DNA from: an uncultured virus (IMG/VR IMGVR_UViG_3300046168_000024)
Taxonomy: Duplodnaviria > Heunggongvirae > Uroviricota > Caudoviricetes
Direction: 5' to 3' (one strand)
Virus record (IMG/VR): IMGVR_UViG_3300046168_000024
Length of the DNA stretch: 64,000 nt
The notes under the pieces are model-generated. The model saw nothing but the letters and a program-made list of their open reading frames with translations, was not told the origin of the DNA and did no database searches. Shown piece by piece: positions 57,718 to 64,000 of the stretch; within the stretch, counting starts at the first letter, position 1; each line of letters starts with the position of its first letter. A program made the position numbers and the translations under genes.

Positions 57718-58343
57718 TCGTTTGAGTAAAGTATATTATCATGTATGTCTTGCCACGGTCCACCATCTGTAAAGTGTATTGCTTTAGGACTAGGAAAATT
57801 ATAGTAATTTACCATAGCATTATATTCTGCTGGTAACTCACCAATTTCATCCGCCCACTCCATTTCGTGTAATTGTTTGCCAGTCCAATAGTTAACTGAC
57901 CTACTGGATAGTTGAAGACATTGTGCGTTATTAAAGTACATGAGAGATGACCAATACTTTTTTGGATATGACATATTTGCTTTGCCATTCATCTTCTCAC
58001 TAGGTGTTGTTAGAAATTGAGGGTGTTTAACTACCCATACAGTTGGAGATTGAGAACTTTGTTTTACATAATCTTCGATTTCTTGTGGGTCACATCTCCA
58101 CATAAAATCTCCATCACAAAAAAGACTGTGACCTGTCCAATCAGACAGTTTAGGAACGAGGAAACGAGTGAAAGCAAACTCTGTGCTCTCACCCTGGTAC
58201 TTTCTTGAGTACATTCCTTCATCCTCTAATTTGCTTTTGATAAGAGGTATAATCTCGTGTTTTGTACTGAAGCTACGAATAGATTCAGCACATACTTCAA
58301 ATGCTTCAGGATATTCACTTTCATATCCTATGAAGATTTTCAC
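57675..58343 (-). CDS. GT-A (GT8/CDI-like) glycosyltransferase
   Basis: IFIGY, STEFAFTRFLVP, DGD, KYWSS, HFTDGGPW. Confidence 0.85.
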   Translation of the reverse strand: MKIFIGYESEYPEAFEVCAESIRSFSTKHEIIPLIKSKLEDEGMYSRKYQGESTEFAFTRFLVPKLSDWTGHSLFCDGDFMWRCDPQEIEDYVKQSSQSPTVWVVKHPQFLTTPSEKMNGKANMSYPKKYWSSLMYFNNAQCLQLSSRSVNYWTGKQLHEMEWADEIGELPAEYNAMVNYYNFPSPKAIHFTDGGPWQDIHDNILYSNEWKKHYNNLLKIKH

Positions 58344-58528
58344 GACTTTAGTCTTTCGCCTAAATCATTCACATATGCTTGACGAGCTGTTTTTAAAGCA
58401 GCTAGTGTGTTTTGAACTTCTGCTGATTTAACATCACAAAACTTTATCGCTTGTACTAATGCTTTTTGGTCGTCATCCATATCTTCTACGAGATAGTCCT
58501 TATCATCAATTTTAATTGAATTATCCAT
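58340..58528 (-). CDS. small coiled-coil protein (DUF6447-like)
   Basis: I.IDDK.Y..ED...I.F.D......LA.L.TAR.AY. Confidence 0.65.
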   Translation of the reverse strand: MDNSIKIDDKDYLVEDMDDDQKALVQAIKFCDVKSAEVQNTLAALKTARQAYVNDLGERLKS

Positions 58529-59487
58529 TATTTAAATACATCCTGCCAATTTCCTTGTGTACTAGCCTTTGCATACTCGGTAGCACGGTTTTCAAAAAAG
58601 TTGGTATGCTCAACTGCGTTGACTTGCATGTCAATCCAAGGCAATGGATTTTCTGTACTATGAAATATTTTCTTCATACCGATACCCAATAACCTTCTGT
58701 CAGCAATATATCTAATATATTCCTTGACTTCTCTTGCTGTCAAATCTGGTATATCTGCTTTATCAAAACAAATATCAATAAAGTTATCTTCTAACTCTAC
58801 TGTCTTTTCTGCAGCACAGTATATTTCGTATTTTAACTTATCAGTCCATAACTCAGGATTTTCCGCAATGAAAGTTCTAAATAGTTTTGACAATCCTTCA
58901 ACATGTAATGATTCATCACGAATACTCCATGTAACAATTTGTCCCATTCCTTTCATTAAGTTATGTCTAGGATAGTTTAGAAGGATAGCAAAGCTACTAA
59001 ATAACTGTACTCCTTCTGTAAATGCACTATATACTGCCATAGTTTTTGCCATATCAAATGGAGTGTTCATACTGAAATCTTGTAGATATTCATGTTTCTC
59101 CATCATGGCGTTAATATCAAAAAACTCTTGGTACATGTCATCTGACTTACCTAAAGTTTCTAATAATAAGGAGTATGCTTCTTGATGCACTGCTTCCATA
59201 GCAGCATAGCTAACAAGCATCATTCTTACTTCTGGTTGCTTAAATGTAGGTAAGTAATGGTGGGCATAGCCTCCACATACATCTACATCAGCTTGTGTAA
59301 AGAACTTAAATATGTTATCTAACAATGTTCGTTCTCCATCACTTAACTTTAAATTATAATCTTTAATATCATCTTGTAGTGGTACTTCATCTGGTAACCA
59401 ATGCATTTGCTGTTGTTTTTTATAGTTTTCAAATGCCCACGGATATTGAAAAGGTTTATAATATTCTCTTTCTTTTAATAAACTCAT
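58528..59487 (-). CDS. nrdB: ribonucleotide reductase class Ia beta subunit
   Basis: HWLPDEV, FFTQAD, EAVH..AY, EGVQLFSSF, IRDESLH, NFFE.R.TEY. Confidence 0.95.
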   Translation of the reverse strand: MSLLKEREYYKPFQYPWAFENYKKQQQMHWLPDEVPLQDDIKDYNLKLSDGERTLLDNIFKFFTQADVDVCGGYAHHYLPTFKQPEVRMMLVSYAAMEAVHQEAYSLLLETLGKSDDMYQEFFDINAMMEKHEYLQDFSMNTPFDMAKTMAVYSAFTEGVQLFSSFAILLNYPRHNLMKGMGQIVTWSIRDESLHVEGLSKLFRTFIAENPELWTDKLKYEIYCAAEKTVELEDNFIDICFDKADIPDLTAREVKEYIRYIADRRLLGIGMKKIFHSTENPLPWIDMQVNAVEHTNFFENRATEYAKASTQGNWQDVFK

Positions 59488-61263
59488 TTATCCCTCACAA
59501 CTTAGACAATCTTGGTTTTCAAAGATTATCTCCCTTTTAGCTTGGGAAGCAACATTATCAGCTCTACTGATAGCTTCACTCCTCAAGTAATATAATGTTT
59601 TTAAATTTTTTGCCCATGCTAACATATGTATATTATGTAGCTCTCCTTTATTTATGTCAGGAGGAAAGAACAAATTAAGACTCTGAGACTGACAAATAAA
59701 TGGCTGTCTCTCAGAAGCATGTTCTATTAGCCAGGCTTGATTAATCTCAACTGCTGTTTTGAACACATCCTTTTCCCAATCATCTAGTATATCTAAATGT
59801 TGAACACTACCTCTGTTTGCAACAATATCTTTCCAAGTTTGATTGTATATATCACTATGTCCTATTTTATTCATAAGAAGAGCGTCTAAGTATTTGTTTT
59901 TAACTAGATTACTTCCTGACTTAGTTTTCTGTGTATATGCATTTGCTCTAAATGGCTCAATACTTGGAGAAGTATTACCACATAAAATACTAGAGCTAGC
60001 ATTAGGTGCAATAGCTAATAAATGAGCATTTCGCACAGAAGCAGTATCATCATCTGGACATGCTCCTCTTTCTATTGCTAATTCTCTAGTTGTTTTATCT
60101 GCGTTTGATTTTATATAACCAAACATTTCTAAGTTTATTTGAGCTGCCATTGCACTCTCAAAAGGAATATTATTCTTTTGTAGAAATGCATGGAAACCCA
60201 TTGCGCCAAGCCCTATACTTCTCTCCCGGAAAGCACTAAACTTAGCTTTTTCTAACTGACTTGGTGCTGTATTGATAAATGATTCTAACACATTATCAAG
60301 CATACGAATCAAGTCAGGTATAAATGCAGGGTGGTTTTTCCACTTATCGTAGTACTCTAAATTTACACTAGAAAGACAACATACTGCTGTTCTTTCTTCG
60401 TCTGTTGCAAGTGTAATTTCACTACATAAGTTACTGTGATGTACTTGTAATCCTTTTCTTTTCTGAAAGTCGGGCAGATCATTTTGAACTGCGTCTTCAA
60501 ACATTAAGTAAGGCTCACCTGTTTCCATTCTATTTTGTAAGATTTTTACCCATAATGCTCTGGCACTTACAGTCTTAACCACTCGTTTGGTATGAGGGTC
60601 AATAAGAGGCCAACTATCATCGAAATTATCAAGTTTGGTAGCACTATGAATGAGTTCCATAAAATCATCTGGAACCACCACAGCATGATGAAGATTGAGG
60701 CACTTACGATTAGTGTCGCCACCAGTAGGTTTACGAACATCTAAAAACTCCTCTATTTCGGGGTGTGACATATGTAGATATGAAGCATAACTTCCCCGTC
60801 TAGTTACACCTTGGCTAAACGCCAGCATTTCTGCATCTACTACTCTCATAAAAGGTATTGCTCCAGTGGACTCTGAGCCTTTTGATGTTTTAGTCCCTGC
60901 TGAACGAACATCACTCCAAGTACCCCCGATACCACCACCAAAACTACTTAAGAAAGCATTTTCAGTAAAGTGGTCTGTTATACCCTCTCTACTATCATCA
61001 ACATAATTAAGAAAACAACTTATTGGTAAGCCTCTTCTCGTACCACCATTAGACAATACGGGAGTTGCAAACATAAACCATAGATTACTTACATAATCAT
61101 ATAAACGCTGTGCATGGTCATCGTCATCTGCAAATGTTTCTGCAGCACGAGCAAATGCTTCCTGTGGTGAGTTCTCACCTGGAATCATGTATCTATCTTT
61201 TAGAGTTGCCATTGCAAAATCGTCTAAAAGTTCATCTTTACTATAATCTATCTTCACTGACAT
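59488..61263 (-). CDS. nrdA: ribonucleotide reductase class Ia alpha subunit
   Basis: ATPVLSN, ISCF, SNLCSEI, VCCL, IAPNASSS, TLYY.RS, terminal CLSCEG. Confidence 0.95.
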   Translation of the reverse strand: MSVKIDYSKDELLDDFAMATLKDRYMIPGENSPQEAFARAAETFADDDDHAQRLYDYVSNLWFMFATPVLSNGGTRRGLPISCFLNYVDDSREGITDHFTENAFLSSFGGGIGGTWSDVRSAGTKTSKGSESTGAIPFMRVVDAEMLAFSQGVTRRGSYASYLHMSHPEIEEFLDVRKPTGGDTNRKCLNLHHAVVVPDDFMELIHSATKLDNFDDSWPLIDPHTKRVVKTVSARALWVKILQNRMETGEPYLMFEDAVQNDLPDFQKRKGLQVHHSNLCSEITLATDEERTAVCCLSSVNLEYYDKWKNHPAFIPDLIRMLDNVLESFINTAPSQLEKAKFSAFRERSIGLGAMGFHAFLQKNNIPFESAMAAQINLEMFGYIKSNADKTTRELAIERGACPDDDTASVRNAHLLAIAPNASSSILCGNTSPSIEPFRANAYTQKTKSGSNLVKNKYLDALLMNKIGHSDIYNQTWKDIVANRGSVQHLDILDDWEKDVFKTAVEINQAWLIEHASERQPFICQSQSLNLFFPPDINKGELHNIHMLAWAKNLKTLYYLRSEAISRADNVASQAKREIIFENQDCLSCEG

Positions 61264-62098
61264 AATTTTCTACCAATTTTATTATTTCTTGTCCATGCCC
61301 TAGTAATGCGGCATCAACATCATATGTTAAATCCATAAGTTTGACTCCAGTTTCAAGTCCTTCACTTCCAAACTCGTTTAAGTTCTGAATGAATTTGTAC
61401 TTTCCTTCTATCGGCAAACTCGCCATAATATCAAAAACATCTCCATATTGTTCTATTAATTGAGTAGCACGCTTTGGTCCGACTCCATCAACTCCTGGAA
61501 CGTTATCTCCTTTGTCTCCTGTTAAGCACTTATAAGTAAGAAAGTACTCAGGGTCAAATTGATAATGTTCATCCCAATTATGGACTGTTGTTTCTTTTCT
61601 AGTTACTGTCGAAAAACGACTTATTTTAGGGTCAACTAGTAAATCCCAATCTTTGTCTGAAGATATCATCCATATTTCATCAATACCAAGATTCTCTCTT
61701 TGTTGACAAATATGAGCTGCTATATCATCAGCTTCTACTCCCTGATATTTGAGAGTAAGATACCCCTTCTCTTTTAGAGTATTCATTGTTAGTTGAAACT
61801 CCGCAAGAAAATCTAAAAACTCTTGTTCTTCTTCGGGGGTTTGTTCTGCATATCGTTCCTTACGATTTGCTTTGTACTGTGGGTCAATAGACTTTCGATA
61901 GTTACTACCACCATCTCCAAGTACTACTATTTCTCCACAGTTATAGGACTTTGCAAGGGATTGAACTGTACGAACATAATCATGTTCAAAATCCAAATTA
62001 CCTTGATGTTTCCATCGAAAAGCTAAGTTGAGTCCATCAACTATTAATAAGTTCCCATTCGGGATCGGCTTTCCATGGCTCGTAAATTTTATCGCCAT
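61241..62098 (-). CDS. 5'-3' exonuclease/flap endonuclease (T5 D15-like)
   Basis: IVDGLNL.FR, YKANRK, GVEADD, S.DKDW, GDKGDNVPGV.GVGPKRA. Confidence 0.92.
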   Translation of the reverse strand: MAIKFTSHGKPIPNGNLLIVDGLNLAFRWKHQGNLDFEHDYVRTVQSLAKSYNCGEIVVLGDGGSNYRKSIDPQYKANRKERYAEQTPEEEQEFLDFLAEFQLTMNTLKEKGYLTLKYQGVEADDIAAHICQQRENLGIDEIWMISSDKDWDLLVDPKISRFSTVTRKETTVHNWDEHYQFDPEYFLTYKCLTGDKGDNVPGVDGVGPKRATQLIEQYGDVFDIMASLPIEGKYKFIQNLNEFGSEGLETGVKLMDLTYDVDAALLGHGQEIIKLVENYVSEDRL

Positions 62099-62525
62099 TT
62101 GTAAATTTTATTTCCTCTGTTTCTAAATATTTTTCAGCTAAAGTGACATAGCACCCTAACCAGTTTATGTACATATGTTTTTTGTAAAGTGGCTTTCTTG
62201 TCGTTGCCACATACCATTGAGAGTGATTTTCTTTGAATATAAGCAAAGGTTCTTGTTTCATTTCCTGTGCTTGTTTACAAAGTTTTGACCACCACCCAAC
62301 AAATTGATTACTCTTTTGAGTAAATATTTTGTGATTGAAAGCCATATCACGATAGAACTTAACTTCTATTGTAAATATGTTATGCTTATGTGGTATATAA
62401 AGGTCTCCTTTTATTTTACCACTACCACTTCCTGGAGTCTGTGTGAAAGTCAGACCAGTATGTCTATGTAACATGGCAGCGACTTTTAACTCTGCGTCAT
62501 GTCCTTTCCTTCTAGAATTAACCAA
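62037..62525 (-). CDS. Holliday junction resolvase-like (T5 D14-like)
   Basis: SR.KG...E, PGSG, KGDL, IEVK. Confidence 0.82.
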   Translation of the reverse strand: MVNSRRKGHDAELKVAAMLHRHTGLTFTQTPGSGSGKIKGDLYIPHKHNIFTIEVKFYRDMAFNHKIFTQKSNQFVGWWSKLCKQAQEMKQEPLLIFKENHSQWYVATTRKPLYKKHMYINWLGCYVTLAEKYLETEEIKFTNGDKIYEPWKADPEWELINS

Positions 62526-62739
62526 TCATCTTCTCCAGCTCTACATAACCTCCAATCTTCTCTCCATCCACAATAATCTGTGGAAATGTTCGAGCTGTCG
62601 GGAATAGTGTTTTTACATCTGTTGCTTGAAACTCTTCTCCCATCATGTTATAAATTACTTCGTGTCCTTTGTTCGTTGCTAAGTTCTTAGCTTTGACACA
62701 GTAAGGACAGTTTGGTATACTATATATTTCTACTATCAT
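62518..62739 (-). CDS. glutaredoxin
   Basis: CPYC, TFPQI, IGGY. Confidence 0.92.
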   Translation of the reverse strand: MIVEIYSIPNCPYCVKAKNLATNKGHEVIYNMMGEEFQATDVKTLFPTARTFPQIIVDGEKIGGYVELEKMIG

Positions 62740-63170
62740 TTCATTGTCTCCTCAATGAATTTTCCTATTGTGTTAATCTCTTGTTCTGAAAGCATACCTG
62801 CTTGAGCCCACATTGTAGAACTCATACTTCCGACTTCTCCTCTATTTTTATATGTATTGAGTCGGTCGATTATATACTCGGAACTTTGGCCTGCCAGTTT
62901 AGGAAATACTGCCATGCCTTGACCTTCGTTACCGTGACAAGCTGCACAACCTGCCCATAAACTTCTAATAGAACTAAATTCATCTGCACTTGCAAGTTCT
63001 TTTTTCTTCTGTTCTATCTGTGCTGGTGTACCATGAATCTTTACATATTCTGCATAACACTCGCCTGTGCAAGAGTGTGCTCCTGAGTATCCTTTATACT
63101 CTAGATTGTTATATGCTAAAGCTATGGTACATACCATAAATGTTACTATTGATAATACGTAAAACTTCAT
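62736..63170 (-). CDS. monohaem cytochrome c (c553/c4-like)
   Basis: signal peptide, CAACH, PKLAGQ..EYI, distal Met. Confidence 0.85.
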   Translation of the reverse strand: MKFYVLSIVTFMVCTIALAYNNLEYKGYSGAHSCTGECYAEYVKIHGTPAQIEQKKKELASADEFSSIRSLWAGCAACHGNEGQGMAVFPKLAGQSSEYIIDRLNTYKNRGEVGSMSSTMWAQAGMLSEQEINTIGKFIEETMK

Positions 63171-63559
63171 GCTTCTTTATCTATATCCCATCTTACCATG
63201 TTTGGTTTTGTTCTTCTTTGCCAAAACTTCCATGACTTTTGTTCTTTTCTCCACTGTAGTAACCAGGGAGCATGGTCTCTTTCTGCATCTGCAAACACTG
63301 CGTTTGTGAATGCAAGAGGTAGTAATATACATATGTGGACAATTATACTTGTTACTGTGCTATACCCTAGCCAACCCATATAGTAGGTTGCTACAAATCC
63401 AAAGTATACACTCCACATTGTAAATAATACTAACATAAAATAAGTCTGTAGACTTGGGTCGGGAATATATTTTAGTGGATTGTATCTAGCATCCATAATC
63501 ACTCTCCAACTATCAACTACAAACATTATTAATCTTCTATGTATTGGTGGTTGTTTCAT
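63167..63559 (-). CDS. membrane hypothetical protein
   Basis: MDARYNPL..IPD..., two TM helices. Confidence 0.75.
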   Translation of the reverse strand: MKQPPIHRRLIMFVVDSWRVIMDARYNPLKYIPDPSLQTYFMLVLFTMWSVYFGFVATYYMGWLGYSTVTSIIVHICILLPLAFTNAVFADAERDHAPWLLQWRKEQKSWKFWQRRTKPNMVRWDIDKEA

Positions 63560-63747
63560 ACTGCTTTTCCTATTAAGTAAAATGCCATCAGCATAGAGCC
63601 GAATACAAGTAACTGCACAATAGCCATAAAAGCTACTAACGGTATCTGTATCTCAGCCCACCAGTTAAGTTCTTTCTCTTCCCACTCCTTAAATTCTTCA
63701 GGTGTGGCGTCTCTAGGTTTGAAGTTTAAATTTAACTGCTGAGGCAC
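63556..63747 (-). CDS. small membrane protein
   Basis: C-terminal TM, coupled overlaps. Confidence 0.6.
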   Translation of the reverse strand: MPQQLNLNFKPRDATPEEFKEWEEKELNWWAEIQIPLVAFMAIVQLLVFGSMLMAFYLIGKAV

Positions 63748-64000
63748 GATATATTATCTTCTTTAATTATCTCTATCTTTTCAAGCAATGGATGAGTCCA
63801 ACCGTGAGAAACTAAATATGTATTTAGGTTTTCTTCTTTCAGTAGGACTTCCACTACTTTTTCTTTTCCTTGTTCATCTAATGCTTGATTAACTTCATCA
63901 AGAAAAAGAACATTGATTTGACTTCTACTAATCGAAGTCATTAACTTTCTAATTGCGACTAGCGTTGCAATATTTACTCTTGCTAGCTCACCTGAAGAAA
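63732..64000 (-). CDS. SbcC/Rad50-like recombination ATPase C-terminus (T5 D13-like), partial
   Basis: SSGELARVNIA signature, LFLDEV Walker B, LVSH. Confidence 0.88.
   Translation of the reverse strand, partial: SSGELARVNIATLVAIRKLMTSISRSQINVLFLDEVNQALDEQGKEKVVEVLLKEENLNTYLVSHGWTHPLLEKIEIIKEDNISCLSS

Overview
A 64 kb segment of a low-GC, probably aquatic, T5-like (Demerecviridae-related) lytic siphophage, apparently assembled across its terminal/pre-early region. (1) 1-5.9 kb: leftward small early genes (MazG, two A2-like proteins), a ~950-nt promoter-to-terminator transcript with no credible ORF and many stems, and a tRNA-like element. (2) 5.9-10.1 kb: a promoter-dense, ORF-poor pre-early-like zone with DnaA boxes, short repeats, a Fur-like box, a HAD phosphatase and a T5orf172 protein. 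(3) 10.1-57.1 kb: a rightward late region. TerS is separated from TerL by a ~12 kb insert carrying IscU, IscA, a CsgF-CsgG-curlin-FecR-curlin-CHASE2/adenylate cyclase operon, a 2OG-Fe(II) oxygenase and many tiny basic proteins. Then come the nicking nuclease, portal, a fused protease-major capsid ORF, T5-like neck/tail tube genes, tape measure, lambda-like M/L/K/I/J tail tip (J ends in a Hint domain), fibre genes and glycosyltransferases. (4) 57-64 kb: leftward GT29- and GT8-like enzymes, nrdAB, D15-like exonuclease, D14-like resolvase, glutaredoxin, cytochrome c and the end of D13. The most striking observation is a 792-aa Thr-rich protein whose two halves are residue-by-residue complementary (aromatic opposite R/Q/K at about 60 of 63 mirrored positions), implying a giant self-pairing beta-hairpin. 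Several single-base homopolymer frameshifts look like sequencing errors. Homology calls come from motif recognition by eye, not database searches.
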